From Felis catus (lineage: Eukaryota): a DNA stretch of 64,000 nucleotides. Positions 36,670 through 49,892 of this stretch are shown here, in pieces (the stretch's first letter is position 1; every line of letters begins with the position of its first letter). The notes under the pieces were generated by a model, which made no database searches, was not told the DNA's origin, and worked only from the letters and a program-made list of their open reading frames with translations. A program made the translations under genes and the position numbers. The stretch is from assembly GCF_018350175.1 (NCBI RefSeq), contig NC_058368.1, positions 46,130,001-46,194,000 on the forward strand, given 5' to 3'.

Positions 36670-37285
36670 ATTTATTTGAGAGATTCAAACCATAGCTATG
36701 TATTGCACACCTACTCACACAGAGTTACAGATGCTGTGGACTGAATGAAAAGAACACACATGGCTCCGCCATCATGGATCTTAAAAGCAAGCTGGGAAGA
36801 CTGAATAAATCATTCAAAATGGGATAACTCTTCCCAAAAGATAAATACAGGTTAATACACAAACATATAGCAAGATTTATCCTAGTTAAGGGTGTCAGTA
36901 AACGTTTCTCTTAAACTCAACATGATGAGGAACTCAAAGACGGGATATGAGATGACAGAAGGAGAAGGTAGCCAAATGCCCTCACTTATGTGAGGAGACC
37001 GACACTTTTGCAGAGTTGGAAGTCTTGTAAGGGAAAAAGCTTGAGAACAAATACGGGAGTAGTTACTCGGTAAGGCAGAAAACAGGCAGCTTTCCGAACG
37101 TACACAGCCTTGTGGGCCACTTTGAGACTTCTGAACTTGATCTTTAGGGTAACAGGACATTGAATATTCTGGTAAGAGGAGCAACATGTTCCAATTCTTG
37201 TTTATGAGAAGATTACCTCATGCAGGATGGGTTCGGATGGGTGTGCCAAGAGTAATACAAATTAGGAGCTATTGAATTCACACTA
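36670..37285 (-). mobile_element. L2 fragment
   Basis: 'attcaaaccatagctatgtattgcacacctact', 'agggtgtcag', 'gagaagattacc' are reverse L2 motifs. Confidence 0.6.
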
Positions 37286-39769
37286 AATAGAGTAAGAGAC
37301 TTATTATGTATAATATAAAGTGCATAAAAATCATAATGGAATATAGAATGTATAAATTTTCAATGTCAAGTATGTGGTAATTATCATGAAGAATACAGGA
37401 GCATTTAATTAATAAAGGAGTCTTCTGCACAGTAACAGGATAAAGTAGCACCTAAAACTGACCATTCCTTACATATCTAATACAGAGTTTTGCCATTTCC
37501 CTCTTGATTATCATTTTGCTTCTCTCTGAAGCTACCATTATACTGACTCCTCCATTGACTTAAACCACCCGTCAGTTCAGACAATCAGCTTATTGAAATT
37601 AGTGAAATTTTACTAACTGAAAATTTTACTTAATTGAATTAGTGAATTTTTCCCACTAATTTGTCTCACTAAATTGATAAAAATTTGTTTAATTAAGTTG
37701 GTAAAAGCCAATTAGCTGTGTTGGCCTCCTGTTGTTGTTTTCTTAATGCTTTGTTTTATTTTATTTTGACAAAGGCTTAAAATGGCAGTGTTATTATATC
37801 ACAGGAAGTAAAAATGAGCATGTGAAATGTGTCCCTGTTCTTGGACACATGAACCAGAAAACATTGGGACACCAACAAGCCCAGTTTTCCATTCAGGTTG
37901 CATCTTTTTCTGCCATTTTTCTACACACTGATATTTTCTACCACTTCAATACCCTCAATTATGGTAATGGCTACCAGGAAAGCAAACTTATAGTAAGACA
38001 TATCATTTGCTTTCCATTATAGATATGATAACAAATTTGCTTCATAGATAGAGGGAAGCATATTACTTTCTGAAAAGTAAGCATTGCCCTGTTCCCTTAT
38101 GAATAAAAATATGCTGTAGTGGTAGGCTGCCAAGAGTTACACTATATTTCCTTAGGATTAGAGGTAACGTTTCATTTTTGATAATGTACTTGGAAAGATA
38201 AAATGCATCAGAAAACTCTATTCACTAAATTTATCATTCACACGGTTGGCCTATCATGGTTAGTCATATAATTCATAGACTGATTAAGTGCAAAGTGAAT
38301 GAATCATATAACTAAATATTTTCAAGGCAGTGCATGAACGATAGAGTTAATCAATAATGTACCCAAACTCACTTTACTAGCTATTAGCACAGTATTCTTT
38401 ATTTTGGCAAATGGTAGAAAATCTATATTTGAAGGTCATTCAGAATCAGAGGCCCAAGGCCAATCCTAGGCATAATTGTGGAGAAACAAAGTATTTCTTT
38501 ACATGTCTCTAGCCCTTCTAGATTTTTTAAAATCCTTTTAGCCCTTTTAACCTGACACTTAAATTTCTAGGACATAATTTTCAGAAACCAAGGGAAGTTT
38601 ACTTTATTTCAGGAAAGTGCATGCCTTTCTTTTCCTTTTATAAAACTAATGATGGATATACTTTCTAAAACGCATTCGTTATTTAAAATTTTACAGAAGA
38701 TTCATCATGAAGAGCACTCACTAAAACTGAAAAGTAGTTAAAAAACAATGAAAGGCTAAAGAGACTGTGAGGAAACCAATGTCAATATTGTCTTGCTCAT
38801 AACCCTTATAGCACTATTAAGACTTCATAGTCTTCTTCATTAATACCATTCTGTCTGGATTGCTTTGTCTGTCATTTAAATCAAAAGTCTTCTGAGATAT
38901 AAAAATATCTTATTCTGCCTATTAAAAAATGCCAACTGTGCTGCCAGTTCTTGTAAATAAATAATCATGAATGTCTGAAGGAGACAGGCTCATCTAGTAC
39001 TGCCATGCTTTTAAAGAGACAAAAAAAAAAAAAACCCTCAGACATTTATTTCAAACCATATACATCTTTTTACTCATTGACATTTGGCCAATTTCCACAT
39101 TTCTAGAGCAAGAGGTAATTTATATCTTAAACCTAAATAGGCAGAACAGGAAACAAACTGGAATAAAACAAACAAAAAACGACCCCTGTTCTTGGCATGT
39201 TCAGATAACAGCCATGTTCAAGAAATTGACTGTAGACACGGAGAACTGCCTTCTAAGAGTCCTTGCAGATGTGATCCAAGGAGGAAAAGGTATCCCATAG
39301 ATGGAAATGCACCCAGCAACTATCACAGTTCAGCAATGTAAGTGAGTTTGCATTTACTCCAACCCCAAACGCTCCAAATTTACTAAGCTTACTGCTTTGA
39401 CTGTTGAATGACCAGTCTCAGACCAAAACATGACCAATCTTAATTGTGACCTGTTTTATTATCTTGGAGGCTGTAAATAAGGTCAATTATAGATAATATT
39501 GTGACATATGTAAACTTTGACTTGATGTCTTACCCAACATCCTTGTATCACTTCATGATTTCCTAAAACCTCCATAGTGGAGACCATACTGGTGTGCTCT
39601 TCCTTGTAGAGTTAAAAGAGATCAACAATACTCAATAATAATCATCTGAATATCCTGATGTTTATATCATTCATCTTTTGATATGATCTTTATTTTCATA
39701 CTCAAATACACAATTATTAATGGTTATAGTACTGACACCATAATATTGGTCATTCTATACTTATATAAT

Positions 39770-40010
39770 TTAATTTTAATAGACATTTCATAATATATTT
39801 TTTTGCTATATAAATAGTAGTGTGATGAACATCTTTGAGCATTTCGACTTATTCCTTAGGATACAGTCTGAAAATTAGAGTTATGAAATCAAAAGAATGA
39901 ATGTATCTAATGTATTTCCAAAACTTGTACACTTAGCATGTTGTATACAATAATTTAAATTGCTCTTTGAACTATATTATATTCCTACAAATGTAAATTA
40001 TTACCATACC
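39770..40010 (-). mobile_element. L1ME-type fragment
   Basis: 'ttttgctatataaatagtagtgtgatgaacatcttt...ttccttaggata' is a reverse L1 ORF2 3' region. Confidence 0.55.
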
Positions 40011-40569
40011 TTAGCTCAAATGAAAAACACAATTCATAAGAAATGTTGGTATGCTTCCAAATCAATGAACAGCTATCTTGATGGAAATTCAACACATTTC
40101 ATACTCACTTTAACTACATGCATAGAGAAGGCTGAATTCATCTATCATAAGTCTCTGGTTACTGTGCATTACTAGGCCAGAGAACCAATAAATGCAATCA
40201 ATATTAGGTGCGAGCTATGATGCCACTTTAAATGTGATTAAGTTATAAATTATCCTATTCCTCAGACTATATTATCAAAATATTTATTCAGAATATATTC
40301 ACTCAGAAATTTTGATTTAATTATTCTGAAATGGAAACATACATAAGTTTGAGTTTTTTTCAGAGGGATCCATGTGATCATATCTAGTAGCCACAGTTGA
40401 AGATTACTGCTTTAGATAAAGAAAGCTGTGTGTGTATGTATGTGTGTGGGCATGCACAGAAATATATGTGTAAAAGTAGAGGTTACAGCAAATAAGCACA
40501 TGTGACTGATAGGGACTGAGGATTCAGGGACCTTATACACAATTCTTGGCTGGAGCCCTAATTGATTTA

Positions 40570-40640
40570 TCTAAGAAGAGTTATAATGGAACTGGAAATC
40601 GTCCAAAGAAAGGAAACAAAACTGATAATAGGAGTTCTGA
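40570..40640 (+). mobile_element. Second CR1/L3 ORF2 relic
   Basis: KK..MELEIVQRKETKLIIG resembles CR1 KKDI.ELEKVQRRATKMIRG. Confidence 0.65.
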
Positions 40641-41122
40641 GGACAGTATGTGGGTAATAGATCCTGTTTGATTTCCAGGACTGGTTGCAGTATTTTTGCC
40701 TTATGGGAGTTAGTGGTGGCCAGTTACTGGAGAGGGTAAGAAAATATTCCCTGCTAAAAATCACTCTCATGTATTCCACAAATCTAAAACTTGTTTTGAT
40801 CATGAAAGTGTTACATAAGATCAGTCAAATATCAGCATTATTTTAATCAAAATGACAGAAATAAAGCAAAAATCATAATAATTGAGATGACCATAAAGTC
40901 TATTTCAATTCTTAGTAAGTGGCAAAGGAATTCTGGACAGTCAGAAATAATTCTGAGTATGGATAATGGTAATCTGAAGAGCATGGGAAAAGAAAAGCTC
41001 AAAAAAGTAAAACAAAAGGATACAGTTCAAAAAATATTGCCCTCTGAAGTTTTGCTGAGGGTTCCTGGCAGCAATATCTGCTTTAAGTTAACATATTTGA
41101 AGGTAATAAAACTCAGCCTCAA

Positions 41123-41364
41123 GGGGTGTCTGGGTGGCTGTCAGTTAAGTGTCCAACTTCAACTCAGGTCACGATCTCATAGTTCTTGAGTTTGAGCCCT
41201 GCATCGGGCTCTGCACTGACAGCTCAGAGCCTGGAGCCTGCTTCGATTTTATGTCTCCCTCTCTCTCTGCCACTCCCCTGCTCATTCTTTCTCCCTCTCT
41301 CTCTCTTTCTCTATCTCTGCCAAAAATAAACAAACATTAAAAATTTTTTTTAAATAAAAAACAA
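41123..41364 (+). mobile_element. Feliform SINE
   Basis: TSD aaaact(c/t)agcctcaa at 41108-41122 and 41365-41379. Confidence 0.93.
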
Positions 41365-42622
41365 AAAACTTAGCCTCAAATAATTTAGCCAATCCATTCT
41401 GTTTAGGTAAGCCTGGTGTTTATGATGTTTATTCTTCAGCGGTACAGGGGGAGGGGTCTGGGCCATGTTCATCTCCCTCTTTAAAGTCAGTACACAAGAG
41501 TACGACATCAAACTACTAAGGTAGTAGGTACACAAGGTACAATACCAAGGGCAAATGATACTAAGAAAAGCTTGTATAATTTTCCTCTAGAGTTACTTTT
41601 TACTAATAGAAATATCAAAAGTTAATACCATATTCCTCCAGAACTTACTATATTAATAAAAATAAACATCTCTGCAAGTCCAAGCTCATGTGGAATCACT
41701 AAGCATATATACATGTCATTTATGTGTAGAGGATGGATGAGGTGGTCAATAGGAGTCAATGGAAAGGGGCCAAAAGAATCAAGTAACTCAATTTCAACAA
41801 TGATCTATTTAAGATCATTTGAAATATAAGTAGCTATGGAAAATGCATTTATGATCATCAACTTTTATTCAATAGAACTTGCACTTAAAAATTATGCTTA
41901 ATGAACCCAACATCTGAGAGTTAGAATCATGAATTTCTACTCCTTTTTTTTTCTGTTAAAAAAGCTATTCATGTGTAGTAAAGTGCAAGGCCTAATAGTA
42001 TCTTATTCTTGATTCTGTGTAATGTTATGACTCAGATGCACATTGTGTGTGAACAATGACCCACATGATCCAGTCTTTCCCTTTATATTTCTCTGAACTG
42101 ACTCCGATGAGCAACAGCTGATAAATTATACATCATATATGACCTGTCTCCTATGCAATATGCCTAGAATAAAAATACACAGCATCTCAAGTCAATGACT
42201 ATTTTTATTCTACTTTACTAATGTCCTACAAAGGGCTGGAAAAAATATTTCAAGTCCATAGTGTGAATGGATGACACCATCAAAGCAAAGGGGAGAATGA
42301 TATGCAGGGGAATTTCTGTTGTAAGAGCATCTAATTCCATGTTCAGCATAAGTTGCCTGATTTATTCAAATGATGTTGCTTCTATTTCACTTCATCTTTG
42401 TATGATAGGCTTAAAATATTCTTTTTGTTTGTAAATGAATCACAATTTATTGTATGCTGTTGGAGACATGTCTTTTACTTTATCATGGGCAATTTTATGA
42501 TCATTTATGAGAATATATTAGGGAATATTTTAGAAATATTATATTTATGACATTAATAGTCTTAGTTCTGATTCACCATTAAGATATCAGAATGAACCAC
42601 TGCTACTTATTGATACTCTAAA

Positions 42623-42835
42623 TCAAGCATTGGCATTTTTTTTTCTGTAAAATATCAGATTTTTAGATTTGGGAGCTAAACAATCCCCAGAGCAGCTACT
42701 CAGTTCTGTCACTGGAGCATGAAAGCAGCCATAGATAATGCATAAACGAGTGTGTGTTTCAAAACAAAAATCTCTTGCTCACAAATAGAGGTGGTGAGCT
42801 GGATTTGACCCAAGGGCTGTCATTTATCATCTCCA
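42623..42835 (+). mobile_element. MER58A-like hAT-Charlie MITE
   Basis: 'ttttctgtaaa...ctactcagttctg...gcatgaaagcagccatagataat...gctggatttgaccc'. Confidence 0.8.
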
Positions 42836-42844
42836 TGTTAGGGC

Positions 42845-43116
42845 AACTATTCTGTAAGTGGTGACTCAGTGACCCAGTGCGACTTCAGTTTGGTGGTTAC
42901 CCTTCGTAGATAATACCATGGTGTTTGCTATCACTGAGGAATAGATGGCTGGAGGATCATGCACTAACCATTATATGCCTTGGCCAGGAAGGGTCACATG
43001 TCCCTCTGCCGACAGCCCATTGACCAGAACTAATCACATGGTCTTATGTAATTGTAAAAGGGCTGGGAAATCTGGTAAGAGATGGAATGTTAACTGAGTA
43101 TGCTGTCTCTGCCACA
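42845..43116 (-). mobile_element. MaLR LTR, MLT1K/L-like
   Basis: 'gtgactcagtgacccag...ccattgaccagaactaatcacatgg...gggctgggaaat...tctctgccaca'. Confidence 0.75.
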
Positions 43117-46100
43117 CTCAAGAATTACAGACAGTGATTAGTGGAGAGAAAAGTATAGTTATTAACAAAGTATAAGTTTTTAATGAAAGGCACAAGTTGG
43201 CCAAATAATTTTAAAGAAACGGATACTATATAATCTTTTTTGTCTTATGCTTTCAGTAATATGGGCTATAGTAAGCTTTGCAGTGCTAAAGAATTGTTGA
43301 AAAATGAAGAAGATACACAAATAGGAAAAAGACATTTCTTTTATTTACAACTAAAAAAGCACTATTCAGAATAAATATTGAAGGAAAATAGCATTCGTAG
43401 AAACATTATTGTGATGAAACTTTACATCGAAAAGTTGAAAAAAGACTAAATGCAGACCAAAGAACTGTGATTACAAACACCCACGTACAAAGTAGTGGTC
43501 GTCCTGACAACAGGCTGCTGGGAGAAAAAGAACAGTGCGAGATCTACTGAGGAAGAAATCAACACAACTAAAGAAGAGCTAGATCCAAAGCCCACCAAGG
43601 ACAGAGAAAACCTCTACAAAGCTAAAGTTGCTTTCATTCATTCTTCAAAGATAAAGAATTTTAAATTAATATCTAAACTTAGACATATGTGATATATAAT
43701 ATATATTATACATAATGTGTGCTATGTATATCTCCTGTTTCTATTATCTTTTTAGTAAGATATATAGATGAAATAACTATAGATGCTATAACATAGTGCC
43801 ATTTACTACAATGAAATAATCTAGCTTCCAAATATTAAACATTAAGATATAGCACCATAAGTTTATTTTATATAATCCATATATCTCTTAAGCCATTTTC
43901 ATTTTTAGAGCCAACAACAGAACCATAACTATCTTCCTTTCAATATTTTTAGACATACTTTCATAGAGTCCTGGGCACATGTCTGGTGACTTCCAGCCTT
44001 CATTTCTTTGGTATTAATACACTCAAAAATGATATGGTGACTTATTCCCAAAGATCATTTTGCTTCCACTCCCAATTTTCTTTACTCATCATAATAGTGT
44101 CCAGAGTTGCAATTCCCCATATTGATTCCTCTACATTTTTCATGATGAAATATTTAACAAGGCAAGTCAAGAATTTATCAGATGTCCTGTTTTTAGCAGA
44201 AAAAATTTCTAACAGATGAAGTCCTCCATCATTACTAATACTGATACTGTTCCTGTTTTATGATATACATTAGGAAAGCATTTTGAATACTGTTTGTCTG
44301 ACTTAGAAGCTGTAGAATTTTTATTTCTGCTTCTCACATCATTTATTCTCCCCCAAAAGGTTTCAACAGCAATTTCACTTTTCTCTTTGTGAATTTTCAT
44401 TCAAGAATACATCTTTCTGATGTATGGTCGGTAGCAGAAAAAAAAAATCAGCTTTGGAATCAGACAGGCCCAGGTCCACATCGTGGGTGGCTTTTGACAA
44501 GGTACATTAACTCTTTGAGTCAGTACTCTTTACCTAAAATTGAGTAAGTTTGATCTAAAATCTTTACAAACTTGGAGTTTGGCAACCTCTTTTTTTCAGT
44601 TGAAGAATCTATTATTAAAAGAAACATCTTAATCCTTTTAGATTCCTTAGTTTTACAAAGTTTTGGGAGGTAACTTGTTATCAGTTTCTTTGGAGAAGAT
44701 GAATAAAAGTGAAAGACAATTGCTAAATTCTGTTTGGGGAATATAATAAAAGGTGCATGGTCCTAGTTTACAATCTAAGTAAAGCAACTTTACTTGCATT
44801 TTTAATTTTTTTAGAAAAAATTTTCTAAAAATTTCTCTGAGTGCATGTCTCCATTATGTAACAACAATAAACAATGCAAAATTAGAAACACAGAATTTAA
44901 CAACTACTCAAAAAATGTGCTAAAATTTGCACATGTTACCCCTGGAAAATCACTTATGAGACTTCCACTGAAGACTACTAAAACCAACAGCAATTCAAAG
45001 TCAAATAGTCAGCAAATAACTTCTAAATTCCTTTCACAGGAAAGTATTATCCTCTATCTGTTGTTGCATAACTCTCAATAATGCTAAAGGTAGTTATTTG
45101 TATATTGCAAGTAAAGTAGGCCTTTTAGTGTTGGCTAATGCAGAGTGGAATGGCCATTAACCATTCATTTTTTGTGATGAAGGGATTGCATTTACACAAC
45201 TTGCAGGATTTTTATTCGCTCATTTGTCAAGTTTACTTCTCTAAGGTTGTCACAATTTTTCTTAGTTATCATCATTGGAAAAGTTGCTTGTGGCATAAGT
45301 TCATTAAATGTAGTATGTTCAAATGAACCGTGTATGGTATAGACAGATGGAAATTCTATCAAGCAAGATTTATGCAAAAATATGGCTCTGTGCAATGGCA
45401 GGACACTGTGGATACTTGGCTATTATGTCCCTGGTTTCTCTCCAGAGTTATTGCCTTCCAGTATCTAAAATACTAACTTCCTAGCCTTGGAAAGGCTTAG
45501 AAGGACTTTATAAAAGTACAAAATATTCTTGATGCATTGGTTTTAAACTGTGAAGGGACTCAATGACTTTCAGAAATCTTTTTTTTTCCTTTACTGGATT
45601 ATGGTAATTAAGACCTCTAATATACAGGGTCCTCTCTACCTTCCTATGTCTATACTCTTGTTTTGATTTTGTAGTTTTGCCTGTAGTATACCAGTCAAGT
45701 CCCGTGCAGATATTATTGTTTCTAGAACTGTTCAGTAAACAATAGTTCCACAGTTATTTACAAATGTAATCAGTTCTCTCTAAAGTAATATTAGTCATGG
45801 AATTTGAACATAAAAGGAGACTTCATTCTGTATAAGATAGAAAAAGAAAACACTTTGTTGAGTGAAAATAAAGTCTATAGGAAGACAGTTTAAATGGAAC
45901 TACAACAAAGAGAAGGAAAAACTGACTAGGTCAGCAAGACTTTAAATAAGCTGGGTAAATTTTCTATAAGTCTCTTTAATATTACCTAAGAAATATAGAT
46001 TTTACTAGTGAAAATTATCTTAAAGAGTGGAGGGGGGAGTACTGCAAATTGCAGTAATAAGCAAACCTCAAATTATAATATAGATCAAGGATAGCAAATA

Positions 46101-46149
46101 TTTATTTCTCACTCAATTAAAGTCCAAAATTGGGTTCCAATATTTGCAG

Positions 46150-46440
46150 CTGCCTCTTTTACACAGTGTTTCAGACATTCAGATTCTTCCCTTCTTATAC
46201 CTCTGCCATCTTCAACTACTGAAAAGGGAGAAGAGACTTACCAGGAGGACTGCCAATGGGCAAGTCTCCAAGACTGGGCTGGACCTGAAAGTGGTTCCTC
46301 ACTCGGCCGATATCTATGGCTACAGATAGTAGTAACGCCACACCCAGCCACAAAGATGCTTTGAAATGCCATCTGGCTGTGTGCCCAAGAACAAAAGGAA
46401 GGGATAGGATGATGGGCCACCAGACTCTGACACAACTACA
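46150..46440 (-). mobile_element. MaLR LTR, MLT1K-like
   Basis: 'gacctgaaagtgg...gccacacccagcc...gaaatg...tctggctgtgtgcccaagaacaaaagga...ctctgacaca'. Confidence 0.65.
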
Positions 46441-46592
46441 ATCAAACCAAAGAAACATACACCATCATACCATTGCAATCACACAAAGGAAAACCCTCAT
46501 GAATCTGTTATATCTTTTCTGACTCAACATGATAGCAACCCATATACAAATTCATGAGATTCTCTAACATGTTCATTTTAGGGTTATTTATT

Positions 46593-46691
46593 TTTTTAAA
46601 CATAATTCATTATCAAGCTAGCTAACATACTGTGTATACAGTGTGTGCTTGGCTTTGGGAGCAGAGTCTCATGATTCATCGCTTAAATACA
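46593..46691 (-). mobile_element. Short feliform L1 3' end with TSD
   Basis: Poly-T then 'aacataattcattatcaagctagctaacatac...atgattcatcgctta'; TSD ttagggtta(t/c)ttatt at 46578-46592 and 46692-46706. Confidence 0.8.
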
Positions 46692-47060
46692 TTAGGGTTA
46701 CTTATTAACTGAGAAAAATGGAGACAATCTCAATTTTTTCTTGATACAGATAGACTTAAAAATGCATTCATTATGTAGAAAATTAGGTAGCTACTAACAG
46801 AATGAAGTAAAGATGTATAGTTTGAACTTGACGTCCGTGATAAACTAATTAACTTGCAGCACTTAAAAAATGCAACTATGGAAAAAAAATTGTTATAAAT
46901 AAAACTGAGTGTATTTGTTAATATGTGAATATATGTAGAGAGCACAAAAGTCTAGACAAAGATGTGATAATCTGATGCTGAAGTTAGGGAAAGTGGGGGG
47001 CACAGACTTTTACTTTACAGTATTCTGTACTTTATCTTTTCTTAAAAAACATTTAATACT

Positions 47061-47233
47061 GGGGTGCCTGGATGGCTCAGTTAGTTAAGTGTCCAACTCG
47101 TGATTTTGGCTCAGGTCAGGATTTCATGGTTCATGATATCAAGCCCCGTGTTGGGCTCTGTGCTGACAGTGCAGAGCTTGCTTGAGATTCTCTCTCTCCC
47201 TTCTCTCTCTGTCCCTCCCCCACTTGTGCTCAT

Positions 47234-47276
<43 letters not shown>

Positions 47277-47300
47277 ATAAACAAACATAAAAAGAAAAAC
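47061..47300 (+). mobile_element. Carnivore SINE
   Basis: 'ggggtgcctggatggctcagttagttaag...tgctgacagtgcagagc...(ct)n aaaataaacaaac'. Confidence 0.92.
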
Positions 47301-47785
47301 ATGAAAAACATCATCCTATATTACTTGTGTAATGACAAAAATAAAGAAAGAACTGATTACAAAAAGAGTATCCAATACAGGGGAGGAGAAATTGAATTTA
47401 TTATCTCAATAATAAAATTTGAGAGTTTCATATAGGAATTGCCTGATTGGTCTCCCATCTGCAAGACAGAGCTAATTAGTGTGGTTTCTCAGGTAACATG
47501 ATGATGTAGAGAGATTTTCTTCTCTCTGAAATCTGGGCTCCATATCTCAAAAGCTTAGAGGGTAAAAGAGAACTCTGCTTGGAGAAAGTGCTACTTTCCA
47601 ACACTGTCTTATGGAACAACTCCTTAAAATCACCTTCAAGTTAATTATGCCTACTCACTATTGAGTAAGTTGAAGCCCTAAGGTCACTTCAACTGAACTA
47701 ATATGTGTATTTATTAAATACTGCTTCCTAGGCACCTGTCCTGTCTCCTTCTATGGTAAGAATCAAAGTGTATGCACCCTTAGCA

Positions 47786-47826
47786 AAACAAAAACAAAAA
47801 CAAAAACAAAAACAAACAAACAAAAA
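47786..47826. repeat. (AAAAAC)n repeat
   Basis: Directly visible. Confidence 0.9.
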
Positions 47827-48618
47827 ACTCAGATGATTAACTCAGAGGCAAATCAGAGAATCTTTGGGACAGACAGCATTTAACAACATAGATTTGAAAG
47901 TTAATGAGAACCAGGCTTGACTAAATTCTCATGTCACCATGTGGATGCCTCAGTTATCTTGTCAGAATAATGGTACCATAGTTTTCTTCTCTTCAACCTT
48001 TGGACAATGGTATCTTCTACTTCAGAGGGGTGTTTGAGGAATGAATGAGGCAATGCTTCAAAAGCTTTTAGCAAAGTGCCAATCTGTGCTATGTTAGTTT
48101 ATATCATTTTTGTTTTGGTGGCTGTTGCATCATGTGAATACGCCTGAGAAGCAGCCTGCATCAGCTCTTAGAAGATAAGTAGCCTGAGCGGAGGGAGAAA
48201 TGTGCTCCAGAGCTTTGCCTGCTGCCTAGAGACTATCACGCCTGCAGTTTTCCCTGCTACTGTCAGAGAAAAATCTACTGGAATCTTCAGCTTAAGTCCA
48301 GAGTTCTATAATTCCATAAACATTTGCTGAGCTGGTACTCTGGGCTAGGCACTTTGTGTCATGGGATTCAAAGATGAGTAAAGGTCTTTATAGATGAGTT
48401 TTTGCAGACCATTTAAATGCCTGGTAAAGGTCCTATGGGCTAGCAGAGCAGCAGCTTTGCGAAACAAGAAGCAATCAAAGATCTGTGTCTGGAGCTAAGA
48501 GCGCTCCACCTTTGATCTCACAGTGTAGCTGCCTTCTGCAATTGCCTACATTCCCTTTCTTAGTGCTCAGGGGTGCAGGTGGGAGCACTACTGTATAGAA
48601 CTGATTCTCTCAAACTTG

Positions 48619-48639
48619 CACACACGTGCGCACACACAC

Positions 48640-48708
<69 letters not shown>

Positions 48709-48710
48709 TT
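48619..48710. repeat. (CA)n/(CT)n compound microsatellite
   Basis: Directly visible. Confidence 0.95.
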
Positions 48711-49806
48711 CTCCAGCCTTCACAGGCTATACAGTGTGACTCCTGCACTATATGTCTGTTGTGTTATGGGCATAATGAATGATGAAATGTCTTTCAGGGG
48801 GTCTGAGCAGTATAGATGATCTCTTCCCATCACCGTAATTGTATTGCAAGCGAACTCAGAAATGAACAATAAGAGCCCTGTGGCCTGGTATTTTTGTTAT
48901 TTTTATTTTTTCACCATTTATATTAACTTGTGAATTTATGTATTTGGTTGCTCTGATTCATGGAGGAAAAGCACAAAAAAAAAAAAAAAACAAGACAAGT
49001 GTAGAATCATTTTGATTGCATGTGATGAAAACATTGAAAAGCGACAGATATTCAATATTCAGGTCAGTTGAGATGTTAGTGTGACTGGCATATCAAAATC
49101 TAATCTTAATTAAAGCCTTGGAACAATTAAGCAGTATTGAGAAGAAAGTAAAACAAGGGAATAAGCAGTCTTCCTAAGAATCAAATAATTTTTCAAATGC
49201 ATTGTGTCTGACTACCTGTACATATAAATGCAAAAAAGGTAAGGTTATGGCATGTGAGAGTAAGATCTTACATTTCATGAATATGGGGAAACTTGGCATG
49301 AGTCCAGAAATGGGGAAGTATTTATTGTGCAGTTTTGTCTTCCTCTTTTATAATTAATTCACAATTAGACGGGTAATTATAATTCAGAAACGGGCAAAAT
49401 ACATTCAATGGTTTTAACCATTGATAGATTTGTAAACAAAAGCAGCTGGACTGGAATTTCTTCAAGGAAATATTTACATGCCAACAGTTTATCAAACTGA
49501 ACGTCTGCTGATAAATCTACACATGGGCATTATGTTAATGATAGTGCAACAATGATTCATCCAGTGCCGCCTACTAGCTTCACAAGGCACCAGATGTAAA
49601 AGAATAGAATCCAGGAGCAAAAGGGGAAAAGGTCTCTGTGCTTTTAATCCTTCAGCACTTTTCAGAGGGAACTGCCATCAATTTGGCCATCACCCCTCAT
49701 TCCTTAAGCTACTTTATATTACATCATTTCTTAAAGAGAAATTAAAAGAAACCAGGACAAAAGGTGATTAATTCCAAACCATAGGACTTCAGTGGTCCAG
49801 AATACC

Positions 49807-49839
49807 AAAAAAAAAAAAAAAGAAAGAAAGAAAAAAAAA

Positions 49840-49889
<50 letters not shown>

Positions 49890-49892
49890 AAA
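49807..49892. repeat. Poly-A / (GAAA)n repeat
   Basis: Directly visible. Confidence 0.95.

Noticed and set aside
43495..43692. Charged, coding-looking ORF (STEEEINTTKEELDPKPTKDRE)
   Set aside because: A-rich composition explains the K/E/T bias. I recognise no family, splice sites, poly-A tail or TSD.
46241..46283. Minus-strand exon-like segment (tttcag...CTG|gtaagt)
   Set aside because: It lies within an MLT1K-like LTR, and cryptic splice sites in repeats are common.
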